This document shows, in pieces, positions 36,349 through 49,340 of a stretch of 64,000 bases of DNA (the stretch's first letter is position 1; the number at the start of each line of letters is the position of its first letter). The stretch comes from Leucoraja ocellata. Its lineage: Eukaryota. Below the pieces are notes generated by a model. That model was not told where the DNA came from and made no database searches. It saw only the letters and a program-made list of their open reading frames with translations. Position numbers and translations under genes: made by a program. Location: assembly GCA_036785375.1 (NCBI GenBank), contig JAWMAR010000884.1, forward strand, positions 62,001 through 126,000. Reading direction: 5' to 3'.

Positions 36349-36639
36349 ACAGGTACATGGATAGGACAGATTTGGAGAAATATGGGCCAAGCATGGGCAG
36401 GTGGGTCTAGTGTATCTGGGACATGTTGGCTGGTGTGGGCAAGTTGGGCTGAAGGGCCTGTTTCCACACTGCGTCACTCTATGACTCTATGACTCTGCCA
36501 CTGTCTCAACCGAAATAGGCAAACTTATTTGAACAGAGACCAAACACTGAAACTTGCCAGACTTGACATTTTCACCAAGTGAGCCAAGAACAGAGAAGAT
36601 ACAAAGATATTATGTATTATGTTCCTGGCAAATAAAATA

Positions 36640-37635
36640 TTTGAATTAATGACCATGTGTTCAAATGGAATCGTGGACACTGAAAAAGGCAGACAAAGAA
36701 TAGAGCAGGATGAAGAACAATTACCGAATGGGGTGGAGAAATGGCAAGTGGAGATTAATCCAGGCAAGTGTGAGGTGTTGCACTTTGGGAGATCAAATGT
36801 AAGGGGAAAGTATACAGTTAAAAGCAGGATCCTTAACAGCATTAATGTACACAGTGATCTCAGGTTCCAAGTCCATAGCTCCCTGAAAGTAGCAACACAA
36901 GTGGATGGAATGGGAAAGGAAACATATGGTAGGCGTTTCTTCATCGATCAGGACATTGAGTAGAAGAGTCAGGAAGTCATATTGCACCTTTGTAGAACTT
37001 TTGTCAGGCCACATTTAGAGTATTGTGGTCAATTCTAGTCACCATCATTTCAAGAAAGATGTGGAGACATTGGAGAGAATGAAAGAGGTTTACGAGCTTG
37101 CTGCCTTCACTAGAGGGTATTAGCAATAAGGAGAAGTTGGACAAACTTGAATTGTTTTCTCTGGAGCATCAGAGGCTGAAGGGAGACCTAATATAGACAA
37201 TAGGTGCAGGAGTAGGCTATTCAGCCCTTCGAGCCAGCACCGCCATTCGCTGTGATCATGGCTGATCATCCACAATCAGTACCCCGTTCCTGCCTTCTCC
37301 CCATATCCCTTCACTCCTCTATCTTTAAGAGATCTATCTAACTCTCTCTGGAAAGCCTCCAGAGAATTGGCTCCTCTGCCTTCTGAGGCAGAGAATTCCA
37401 CAGATTCACTACTCTCTGCGTGAAAATGTTTTTCCTTAGAAGTTTACAAATTTATGAGAGGCAGATATAGGATAGATAATAAGAACATTTTATTCAGAGT
37501 GAAAATATCCAATACCTGAGGGTATAATCATTAGGTCAGAGAGAGAGAACGTTTAAAGGAGATGTGTGGTGAAACCCTTTTACATAGAATGGTAGGTGCC
37601 TCAAACTCCCACAGGTGGTGGTGGTAGCAGATAAT
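36640..37635 (+). mobile_element. CR1 ORF2 fragment with a nested opposite-strand CR1 3' end (37196-37436)
   Basis: WQVEINPGKCEVLHFGRSN..DLRFQVHSSLKVATQVD (ORF 36619..36963). Confidence 0.85.
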
Positions 37636-38414
37636 TGGTTCCCTGGTTCAAAGGTTGCTCCATTTCAATAACCGCTGTGCAATAGACCTAGCCAATATGA
37701 ACATTTGTTTTATTTGCCATATGAAGGAATTATTAAATCTTAAACTGATCCAAGGTAAAACCTGTCAATGCACTGAGTGTTTCCCATTTGCAGTGCGTGC
37801 AACAATATACAGTAAGTAAGCATTTTACTTACAAATAGAATCTTCCAGTGTATACTGTTGTATCAAAGATTAATTAATTGGATAGATAGTAATCCCATGA
37901 GCAATGAGAATTTGAATGATGACAACCACAGGGAACTTGGTGAGTAAAACAGTGCCCGTTTCAAATATCACATAGCCCTGCAATGTTATGCTCATATCAT
38001 CGATACAAGTAGGCTGTAACTAGACAATGTATAATTAAAGTAAATATTGAAGCATTTAACAATTAATTATTTTAAGATTATTCTTATTATTATATTGGTC
38101 AATTTTTAGTGAGCCCTAAAAACAGTTGTGGCCTTTGCAAATTCTCAGGTAAATATATAACAATTTTGTTTTACTAGAAGCTACAAAAAATGTGGCCGAG
38201 CATACACAGCAAACTAGTTGGCAGTCTTTGGCATTGTGTATTTGGCATTTTTATGATTATACAAAGTTAAACAATGCTGTGATACTTACAGGAGGCCATG
38301 TGGAGGCAGTCAATCAACCTGTATTTCCAGCTCCACTCTGGCCAAGTACACATGCAATCAGGAAATTCTACACATGGTCATCTACATATGAGGTCAATTC
38401 AGTGAACGGCTGAT

Positions 38415-38797
38415 GAAATAATTGGTTCCTTGGTCCAAGATGAAGCAACTGGAAGATGCTGTGGGCCTAGGTGGACTGAGCAAAACAGTCGCCGAGTCTA
38501 CATTTGGTCTCGCCGATGTACAGGAGCCCTCACCATGACACCAGATGCAGTAAATGAGGTTAGAGGAGGTACACATGAATACATAGTGGCCAGCCTGATT
38601 AGACCTGGTCTTTTCTTGCCTCTGGCTCTTCACCCCTCCCACCCCACCTTACATCCATGGAAGGGTCTCGACCCGAAACATCACCATTCTTTTACTCCAG
38701 AGATGCTGCCTGACCCGCTGGTTGTCATCATTTAAATTCTCCAGCACTTTGTCTATCTTTGGTATAAGCCACCATCTGCAGTTCTTTGTTTCTACAG
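38415..38797. mobile_element. Penelope fragments (GIY-YIG piece on minus strand, pLTR piece on plus strand)
   Basis: FMCTSSNLIYCIWC on minus strand; GAAGGGTCTCGACCCGAAACATCACC at ~38660. Confidence 0.7.
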
Positions 38798-39139
38798 ATG
38801 CTAAAGGCCATCTTGTCAAATTTCACCTGTGAATCTACTGCATAGTTTTCATTAATTTGGACCTAACCTGGTCACATTGATGCAGATCATGCTGTACAAT
38901 TGACATATCAATGGAGCATGGCAAAATAATTGAGAATCTTCCAACCTAAAGTGGACATTTGTGATTTAGGCGCAAGTTCCTCTGAGATCTGCCTGAATCT
39001 GTGAGCAGGTAAGATTGTGTGACTAGTCGATTCCTGACCATATGCCATTATGTAAGGAGCTCAGCTGCTGCATTGCCAACACACAAAATTTCCTATCACA
39101 GTGGTTGGCAAATCTGCCCTTTGTACCTGAACTAGGTTA

Positions 39140-40830
39140 TTATAGAACATAGAACAGTACATCACAGAAAAAGGCTCTACAATATCCATTCCAAAAATCA
39201 TGCCAAGTAAAAATAATCTCCTCTGCCTGCATGTGGTCCAGATCCCTGCATATCCGTGTGATTATCTAAACGCCTCTTAAATACCACTAGTGTATCTGCC
39301 TCCACCAACGCCCCTGACAGTATGTTCCAGGCCTCACCACCCTCTGTGTAAAAAACTTGCCCCACATGTCCCTTTTAAACTTTGCCCCTCTCACCTGAAA
39401 GTTATGCTCGCTAGTCTTTGACAATCCCACCCTGGAAAAAAATGGTCTCAATGCCAAGTCTATCTATACTTCTCATAATTTTATACGTATACTATTATCA
39501 AGTTTCCCCTCACCCTCTGACGTTCCAGAGAAAATAATCCAATCTGCCCGACCTCTCCTTACAGCGAATATCCACTAATCAAAACAGCATTCAGCTAAAC
39601 CTCTTCTGCACCTTCTCCAAATATTCCACATACTTCTAGTAATTTTTCACACAATAAACCAAATGTGGCCCAACCAACATGACTGCAACATGACTTCCTA
39701 ACTCTTGTACTCAATGGCCTGACCAATTATACTATATGCCTTACTCACTCTGCAAACCACATCCCTTTTCCTATTTATGTAGTTTGTGCTAACCTATACA
39801 ACTACTTCTCCATCCCCCTTGAAAATGTTCTGCAGCCACTGTGAGGCATCCTAATCCTGGCACCAACACACCGTCCCGAAGTACCATTTGTGCCACAAAT
39901 TCTCCCCTAACTATTGAGTATGTTATAAGAAGGGTCTCGACCTGAAATGTCACACATTCCTTCTCTCCAGAGATGTTGCCTGGCCCACTGAGTTACTCCA
40001 GTTTTTTGTATCTATCTTTGGGTTAAACCAGCATCTGCAGTTCCTTCTTACACATATCGCTATACCACTGTCTGACTTCATCTTACCCTGCCATACAGTG
40101 CCATGGACTTGACTATTGCTGTTGCTCACCTCTGGATGGTCATCCCTTCCAACAGTATCCAAAGGGTTATACTTGTTTTTGCAGGGAATGGTCAGAGGAG
40201 ATTCATGCACCATCTGCCTACTCAGGGGATCTTATAGAAACATATACAATTGTTAAGGGATTAGACAGGCTGGATGCAGGAAAAATGTTCCCCATGTTGG
40301 GGGAGTCCAGAACCAGAAGTCACAGTTTAAGAATAAGGGGTTGATCATTCAGGACTGAGATGAGGAAAAACATTTTCACTCAGTGAATTGTGAATCTGTG
40401 GAATTTTCTGCCAATTTACTGCATGTTTTCAAGAGGGATAATCAAGGGATATGGGGAAAAAGTAGGAACGGTTACTGATTTGGGATGATCAGCCATGATC
40501 ATATTGAGTAGAGGAGCTGGCTCGAAGGGCCGAATGGCCTACTCCTGCACCTAGTTTCTAAGTTTCTATGTTTCTACTCCCTTTCCTGGTGGTCCAATCA
40601 ACTTGCTGCCTATGCCTGAGGTGTAACCACCTTGCTGTATGTAACTCCTGTCTACGATGCTCTCCATCTCCCAGATGATCCTGAAATCATCCAGACACAG
40701 CTCTGGTTCCCTCACGTGGGCAGTCAGGAGCTGGGACTGGATACACTTCCCACAGGTGTAGCCCTCAGGGACACTGGAAGTCTCCCTGACTTCCCACATC
40801 CTGCAGCTTTGCACAAGTAAGGTGTTCTCG
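39140..40830 (-). mobile_element. CR1 LINE remnants including ORF1 zinc-finger/leucine-zipper N-terminus, with nested mini-element and plus-strand CR1 3' end (40224-40570)
   Basis: ORF 40566..40814 SCRMWE...YTCGKC.Q.QLL..HV.E.E..LD; (TTCTA)n-type tail at ~39145. Confidence 0.75.
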
Positions 40831-41656
40831 TAAATCTCAATGTGAGGAACGAGTTGCTGAAAAGTAATATATTTTTTATTTGTTTAAATGAAGTTAATTT
40901 AAATGTTCATATTTTTATATTTCTATATATTTTTTTCTTTCAATGCTGTTATATTTTGTAATATTTTAACATTTTTTTAATTGTTTTTATAAATCCAAAA
41001 TGAGTTTGTATGTTATGAACATCCAAATCATTCATTATGGTTTGACAATGACAGTTTTGGCAGCTGTTGAGCCTGTGGGTTTGGCCTTACCGGCTGTCAA
41101 AACCATTATGTCAGTGCAGTCAGTCACTTGTACTGGGAGAAGCCTGTGCTTCAATGGGCCATGCATCCAGAAAAGAACTAACTGCACGTCAGAGCACCTT
41201 GGAATTAAGAGCATGGTCAAGGTGAAGGCATTCAGTGATGGCAGGCAGTATAAGTCCTGCCCCACCAATTCTATTTTGGAGCATAAACATGTTTGGAACC
41301 ACATTGACAACGCTTAAAACGTTTCATAACTCAATGATAAAAGTCAAATGAATAACGTCAGTGAGTTCATTTCACAGAAAATACACCCATAAACTGTTAA
41401 AGGTACAGTATCTGCATTCCACCCTGCCCAAGCAGCCAATGCTCAGTTTGCAGTGTTTCCACTGGCAATAATCTATTATTTATTCATTTTAAATTCCTCA
41501 ATACATTTCCACTATACATTGCAGAAATGCTCGCTTGAACAGAGACTGGACAAACTAATATATATTCAAAAATGCGGCTTCTGGATGTGGATAGAAACTA
41601 ACTGTCTGTAAAGTAAGTCAGCTGAAAAAGCGTAATATTCAAGGCTTTGTACTCAC

Positions 41657-41758
41657 TCTCAATCTTTTTTTCAGGCACCTTATAGTTTTCTTGACTGCTA
41701 TTTGGTGTTTTTCCATTGGACTTTTTCGCTTTCTCAGTATTATGATTTCTTTTCTTGA
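41657..41758 (-). CDS. CPXM2: CPXM2-like gene, coding exon 2 (102 bp, phase 1/1)
   Basis: Acceptor TTTATTTTACAG, donor GAGA|GTGAGT. Open reading (V)KKRNHNTEKAKKSNGKTPNSSQENYKVPEKKIE is in frame with exon 1 and resembles the basic exon preceding the discoidin domain. Confidence 0.72.
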
Positions 41759-42440
41759 CTGTAAAATAAAGACAGTGCTTGAATAACTACAGATGATAAA
41801 ACATTTTATGGCCATTTTCTAAGTTATCAGAACTTTTGGAGATGGTTTAACTGTCCTTTTAATATCTTACATTGAAATCGAGTTCAGACTGCAATGGTAA
41901 AGCAGTTTCCTACCTCAAGGATTCAAATGATCACGAAAGCCTTTATGTATGAACAATTGTGGTTAATTCATATGTAACCTAACTTGCTCCGATAACTACC
42001 TGCTTGTTTTGAGTGCAGTAAATAACAAGATGTGTTTATATACCCTGTTTTTTTTTGTTTTGCAATGTGCACTAAAAGTGACTGTTTCAGCACGGAAATC
42101 CTTGAAAACCTAAATACTCTAAATCATGTATCTATTGTCCGTGTTATTTACAAATTCTTTACACACATATAACTCGTTCTGCACGTGGTATTAAACCCTA
42201 ACTAAATTACCAAAGCTTACCTTTTTAAGTGCACACGGAATATTTCCAAGAACAGCGATATAATTCGAAAATATGGAATGCTAAAAATGCATATTACACC
42301 AATGCAGGTATTTATAAAATAATGCCAAGAAACTAACAGAAAATGAACGTAGAGCAATTGTTTGTAGACACAAGGAACTGCAAATGCTGGTTTACAGGAA
42401 AAAAAAGACACAAAGTGCCGGAGTGTCAGCCAATCCATAC

Positions 42441-42681
42441 CTGGCGCCCCTGCGGACTTCTCTTTGACGTTCTTTACCCTTGCACTGGGCTCACTTTCCA
42501 CGGGAGCCTCTGGGTTCCCGCGTCCCTCGGGGTGGTACAGACCCTCTCTGGAAAGGATCTCTTGCAGATAATAATCATAGTCCTCCACAGGGTTCCCACG
42601 GGCACCATCGGAGAAGACGACCAACTCCCAGAGGCACATCCCCAGAACTGCAACGCAACAGCCGCGGCTGAGAGGGAACAT
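42441..42681 (-). CDS. CPXM2: CPXM2-like (carboxypeptidase X, M14 family) coding exon 1: signal peptide + EDYDYYLQEILSRE
   Basis: ATG at 42681 and hydrophobic signal peptide. EDYDYYLQEILSRE resembles human CPXM2 EDPDYYGQEIWSRE (recalled). Donor CCAG|GTATGG at 42441/42440. Confidence 0.8.
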
Positions 42682-43500
42682 TGTAGCAGGGACAACTCAA
42701 CTCACCACCGGCTCCACCAACACAAACCCAATCGCCAAGCTGCTGTTTATTTTCACAGACTTCCCATGTCCCGGTGATCCGCTGACCCTGGGCTCAGAGG
42801 CTCAATGTGTCTCGGCGCAGCAGACAGAGACTTCTAGGCTGGGTATTGGCAGGTGACTTCGGCAGTGGGATCTGAAGCCCGGAGCTTTCCAAAGAACTGC
42901 GCGATTTCCATGAAAACAGTGTAATCAGAACCATATCTCCTTACACAGCACCAGAACTCATGATGCCTTACACGAGGTTTGGCAGCCGGCGCTACCCCTT
43001 AATCTTCTCAGACTTCTAATAAAACAATTTGCTTATTTTGGTCCATGTAATATGCGTTGCTTAAAGCTGATAAAGCGTATTTTGTTTAAAGTTGAGTTCA
43101 GTCAGATCCCCGCCAACGTGGCTCTTAAAAAGTATCAAATGCAGAAACAAGAACGAAGAATAAAGTGTGGATGCAACTTTTTTTGTTTCCAGCGGCAGTT
43201 TTGCGCGGATTTTTTTTCCAGCAGAGGTAGCGATAGTTTCCAATTGCGATTCCAAGGGCAGTCACGCATGGACGGCGTCGAAAACGATGGCCTTAAAAGA
43301 AAACGCCAACTGTTCAGTCTGACAGAACTCGCACGAGTGTGGAGACACGTTAGCTAAAGGGTGAGTGTTCCCTGGTTTGAAGGATTCCTATCACTTAGCA
43401 CCCCACCCTTGCAGTTTCTTTCGGCTACAAACAAACTTCAGATCTTGAGGACACGTTTAAACAGACCCCAGCTCGGCGCTGCACCGTGAAACACACATTG
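42682..43500 (-). promoter_or_regulatory. Probable 5' UTR/promoter region of the CPXM2-like gene
   Basis: Repeat-free, locally CpG-enriched sequence directly upstream of the ATG. TSS not determinable. Confidence 0.45.
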
Positions 43501-46500
43501 GCACACAACAAACATCATTTGAAATAGGAAGGATGGTCTCACCATCTCATAACTGACCTACTTTTGAATTAGTATTGGTTTATTGTTGTCGGCGAAAAGT
43601 GTTTTTGTTTGCATGCTACTCATCAGGTAATCAGGTGGGAGGGGAAAGATTTAATAGAAATCTGAGGAGCAACATTCTTTACCCAGAGGGTGGCGGGTAT
43701 AAGGAATGAACTGCCAGAAGAGGTGTCAGAACGAACTGGTTTACACTGACGATAGGCACAAAATGCTGGAGTAACTCAGCAGGACAGGCAGCATCTCTGG
43801 AGAGAAGGGATGGGTGACGTCACCTATTTCCTTCGCTCCATAGATGCTGCTGCACCCGCTGAGTTTCTCCAGCATTGTTGTGTACCTAGGAATGGGTGAC
43901 GTTTCGGGTCGAGACCCTTCTACACGTACAAAACAAAATAGTATAGAGCAGAACATAGCATTGTAGCACCAAACGTAGTGTTACAGTTCTCGGCAAAAAG
44001 TTTAATGTTCACGTTGAGGTAGGTGGGAAGATTGGGACTGCACCCTAGCATATTGGAGAAGAATTCAGAAATCTGAGAAAAGAGGGGAATAAAATTATTC
44101 CTGAATCCGATGCTATGTGCTTTCAAGCTTTTGTATCTTCTGTCCTATTTTCTGTTAACTTTTGTGCATTACAAAGTGCCAAGAAATCTCAAATTTAACA
44201 AAAGCGATGTTATTTATAAATCAGCAGTGTCGGCAAAGTTATGATTTTATCTGTTTGCTGTTTTCATTTGAAGTGCAACACGCTGAAGGAATTAACCTTT
44301 GCCTCAAACAGTTTTAAGACATGGAATAGTACCTGCTTTAAATATCCTTGTCACATTTAACTTTGAAACAGTAATTATGGTCACATTATGGGCTACTGTA
44401 TGCTCAGATAATGGTTCTGTTTCCAGGGACCTATATTCATTACCCTGAGGCATCAGTTCAAATTCCTCCCCGATAGCTGGGAATTCAAATCCAGTTAATT
44501 AACTAAATCTTTACAATGTATCCAAAATTAATTAGTATGAACATGTATCTCTAGATTATGACAAATCCCCAAATCTTCTACGTGACATGTTAACTCTTTT
44601 TCTCAACTTCTCATAGATGCTGCCTGACTCTAGGACTCTATGACTTGTTAAGTGTTTCCAGTTTTTTCCAGTATTTTTATTTCAACTTTCCAGAATCTGC
44701 AGAATTTTTTTTATTACACTAAGACCTCATCCAGTTCACTTAAACAATTTATTTTTCTGTATCATTTTTTGACCATTCTTTCTTTTGGGGCTTAATATGT
44801 TTCACTCTCTGAAATACTCCTGCAAGCCACTTAGTTCAGGATCAGTTAGGAATTGGCAACAAATGAAAGCGAACTAAACAATATTTCTATATTTCTGAGG
44901 TAGCCTTTATTAAGCATCCAATAATGCGATGACTATAACGTAACATGCAGCAGGAGACCTGGAGATAGGAAGAAAAGTTTTTTTTTTTAAATCATTGTAC
45001 TCTATAACAGTAAACAGAATTTTGCAGGCTAGAATTATTATCTGGGAGAATAAATGAAAGTTCATCATTTCATTTAGAAAAGATTTATAACTTCAACACT
45101 CGGTCATTTGGGAGGCTGATGTTTCACTAGATAAATAGGGCTATGGTAACCTTTGCAACCAAATAAATACACATCATTCCTGGATGAATCTACTTCAGAG
45201 AGCGCTTGTTGCTTCAAAACTGAGCCGATGTGTGTGATATACAAACATGACCCTGGACCCCACTCACATTTCTCCCACCTGTTGTGTCATTTATTTGACG
45301 ACTAACAGAGTAATTTTGGGAAAAACAATATTTTATTCCTACTGCTTTTGTCATGTGATTGGAGAGATAGATGCGCAGGATCAATTTAGGATAGAAATGA
45401 GTCCCATCCTAAACCCATCAGTGTCTACTACCAGAGAATATTTGACAAGATGCACCAGACAATTTATTTCCATTTTTATCAGTTTAATGCACAATAAATG
45501 TCTGGAAATTGAATATCTTCATCTGCTTAAAATTTTACGGCAGATTTAGTCTGGTACTCTGCCACGGCCACAGCTGGCTACCAGGCTGGATGACAACAGA
45601 TCACTATGTTCAGATTCCCAACATGAACATTCGCTGACCTTCGTTGGCTCTCAGTTGAGCAATGACTCATTCTTAACAGATATTCTAATGTTCCCATCTC
45701 TCCATATCCTTGTTGACCCCATAGTTAATATCTTGCAGCCCACTAAGATAGTTACGTTCCTCCAACTTTGGCCTCTTGAACGTTTGACTTGAATAGCCCT
45801 TCCATTCATGGCTGTGCCATCTAGGACCTGAGGTCTGGCATTGCATTCTTAAACCTCTTTCTCTCAATCTTTTAAGATATGCCTCAAAGCCTATGTCTTT
45901 GTCAAAGCTGGTAGCTACCTGCCCTCATGGCCTTTCATGTGGGTTGGCATAAATGTTTTCCAGTGAAGGACCTGGTAATGTGTTACATGGTTATGGGCAC
46001 CATGAACAGCATAGTGGAACAGCTGATAGAGAAACTATCAAATGTCAAGGCATTGAATGAAGTCACATGCACAAGTATGGTGAGGTACAGGTACAATGAA
46101 AATCTTGCTTGCTCAGCTTCACATTTCCTCCCACATTACAAAGACGTACAGGTTTATAGACAAATTGGCTTCTGTAAAATGTTGCTAGTGTGTAGGATAG
46201 AACTGGCATATGGGTGGCACGGACTCGGTGGGCCAAAGAGCCTGTTCCATGCTTTACCTCTAAACTAATGGTAGGATTACAGTTTGGCGGGTCAGTTCAA
46301 CAACCTGATGGGAGGTTCTTACAACTGTCTGACAACAGGGATCAAACATCAGTCCTGCCCTCCGGTACTGTGTGCGGGAGTTTACATGTTCTCTCTGTGC
46401 CTGCTTGTGACTGTTCTGGGTGCTATTGTCGTCGCCGATCAACTGGACTCTGCCAACTTGCATTCAGTTTCCAGACACACTTTATTTACTCGTGCACCAT

Positions 46501-46699
46501 GTGAATAGCACAGTCCCAGTTACTGCTCTACTCTGAAATTCCAATCAGAACGGTCAACATTTTATACAGATTTTGACCCTTGAAATTGTGCACGCTTTGT
46601 AATTTCTTATCATCAATAACAATACATTCTCAAAACATTAATATACAAATGCAATAACATTTATACAAGTAAACCTACATGCTATTTAATCCTTTATTT

Positions 46700-49340
46700 A
46701 ATTTTCAATATCAAGAACCTTGTGGTGTGTGTCAAGGAATACCCATCCCAAAACATTGGGGTACGTCAATGAATACCTGTCAGGAACATTGATGTGCGTC
46801 AATGAAGGCCTAAAGGTTGTTGTGCTGCCCTAACCTTTGTCATACTTGTCAGCTAAGATAGATGCAGTACAGCTATCTTAACCTCGTGCGAATCACTACC
46901 ATCTCAGCCGTAATGCCTTCAATGGCCCGGCTTGTATCCTGCAACTCCTGGGCTGTCTCATTGATCAACTTATCCGTTGCCTGTGGCCATATTGATCCTC
47001 TCACAAGCAAGTCTCACAGGCCCCCAGAATGGGGCCACTTTATCCACAATGGTTCAGCCTCAGTGACCGCTCTTCGATGGCACCCTCACACAGCTGGATG
47101 TAGAGAGAGCGATTGTAGGTGGTTCAAATATGGTATCACATTGGCCAAGGAACAGCAGCCCTTTCAAGTACTTGGTTCAGGCCACATGGTCCATATGGAA
47201 AGGGGCATCCCTGACAGCCAGGGGTGAGTCTTGCGGCTACAGAACCGGCACATGTCGTTAACATGGCTAGGCGTCGGCAGTGGTGTAGGAGTTGAAAGTA
47301 CTGTTGCCTAGGTCTGGCCATAGGGTATGAGCAAACCTCTGCCTGACTTACATGGAGAAATCCCAGCACCGAAGGGGTACGCAATCCATTATAGGAAGGC
47401 TGACACCATCCCTCAAAGCAGTTGAAAGAACAGGGCTCATCCTTATAGGTAGTGCAGATTCCTGTTACTGCTCTAGTGACGTTATCGATGTAGAGAATAG
47501 ATTCAAGTTCACTCTGATTAAGAGCTAATGGCTGCACTGACACCCCCCCCGTTGAATGTGAGGGTGCTCTGGAACATATCCAACAACTCGACTGATTGGA
47601 ACGCAGAGCATATTCATTACTAAGGCATAAAAAGGTATTGTATCGTACAAAAAACAACATCCAGAATATCCCAAGCCGAGCATGCATAGTGATTACTTAA
47701 AAGTTCCAAATAATCAGGGAACTCAATTGGTCCTTATCTCCGGAGTTTTCCGTGCTACTGGTTCCCTGGTCCAGTGGTGCAGCGGGTTTAACAAGCAATG
47801 CGTGGACACGTCCAGTGGTGCAGCGGGTTTAACAAGCAATGCGTGGACACGTCAGTTCCCTTGAACCTTCACAAAGGCATGCTTTGTCAGCAGCACTTGC
47901 AGTGAACCTTCCCACCGGGGCTCGAGGCAATTTTTCTGTCGGTAGGATGTCACGAATACCCAGTCTCCTGGCTGGTAGGTATGGCACTCCGCAGTCTTCA
48001 CGGCCTTCTGGGCTTCAATTACCTGCTGATGGAAACTTTGAAGAATTCATGTTGGCACCACACAATAATGCAACATGCCTTCACTCATGGTATGGATGTC
48101 CATCTGTTTGACAGAGAGGGGAGGAGCAACTGTTATCTTTGTAGAGATAGGCCCATTACTTGGTTTTGTGTGCAACACATTGTCATGAGGGCCAGCGGAA
48201 ATACCTCAGGCCACTTTAATTCAGTCTCCTCGCACAAATTGGCCAATTTATTTTTCAGGAGTCTACTTTTCCGCTCCATTTGATTTTGGGTGGTACGGAC
48301 TAGTGAAGTGATGCTTGTACTGTATCAAAGCTTTTGATAGTTCCAGTACCACCTTGCCTGTAAAGTGTGGGCCATTGTCACTTGATATCGTCTCAGGGTT
48401 TCCAAACTTAGGGAGTTCTAGTAATAAAAGGTTAGCAACAGTTACAGCATCATTTCTAAGCGTTGGATAGGCTTCTATCCATCGAGAAAGCAAATACATA
48501 ATAATTATAACCCTAAACATTTAGGTATTTGTATAAAGTCCATTTAGAGATTGAAAAGATTTGGCATCAGTCCACAAATGATGCTCAGAAACATCAGTAG
48601 CAGCTTTCTTATGTCTTACTTCATCATGAACAGCCCTGGGGAATAGAATTCTGCAAACACTGGCGGATTACTGTCCTGATGTTTTGACTGGCAGCTGCAC
48701 GAACGAATCTGCTCGGGCATCTGAATGGCTTTTAAATGATTACAGATAATCAACTCTTGACTGGGTCCGAAGGGGTTATTCATGGTGTTGGGGCGATCTG
48801 GCTTACGTCATTATTGTGAACGTTCGATAGTGTCATTGGCAAGTGTTTGAAATCTATGATTGCAGGCAGCTTCTAACCCTGTGTCCACATTGACTACAAT
48901 TAAAAAACACATTGATTTTGCTTGCCCCTGCCTAGTGACCTAGCTCTTCCACTTCCCCTTACAAACATCCTTCCCCTTTGGGTCCAAGGACCTTCAGAGT
49001 AAGATGTTTCTACCAGGTTTCTCGCTGGGTCTCTACTGCCATTGTCGGCCTGGCGCTCTCAATGTTATAAAACAAGCAAAACATCCTGTGCATTTCTTGT
49101 TTCCCATCTTATGCAAGGTACACAGAACATTTGTTCTAAACGAGTTGCACCCCGTGTACAATAGCATAGACTAAATCAGACTTGCCTGTTCATAGTTCTA
49201 TTCCCCAATATTTTACAAAGGCGTTCAAACATGATTGACGTAATCCCTTGCTGTACATCTGAACAAAAGAATAAATCTCAATGAATGCCTAAAGATTGTT
49301 GTGCAGTACAGTTATCCTAACTTTTGTCATACTTCAGCTT
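46700..49340 (-). mobile_element. Decayed class I (gamma/epsilon-like) endogenous retrovirus: integrase and env remnants between two LTR-like direct repeats
   Basis: IN: SRWIEAYP..ISSDNGPHF..SPYHPKSNG (48263-48520) and EPRWEGSLQVLLT..VKVQG (~47870). Env: NQSSCWIC (47136-47687), RRAVTEAE, and ITAEMVVIRT heptad. Direct repeat 46800-46855 / 49278-49338. Confidence 0.85.

Noticed and set aside
38289-38410. Possible CPXM2 exon (minus-strand GTAAGT donor and CAG acceptor)
   Set aside because: No similarity to the expected discoidin exon in the translation I checked, which also contains a stop.
42217-42440. C-terminal half of the 154-aa ORF 42217..42681
   Set aside because: Read-through into intron 1 past the GTATGG donor.
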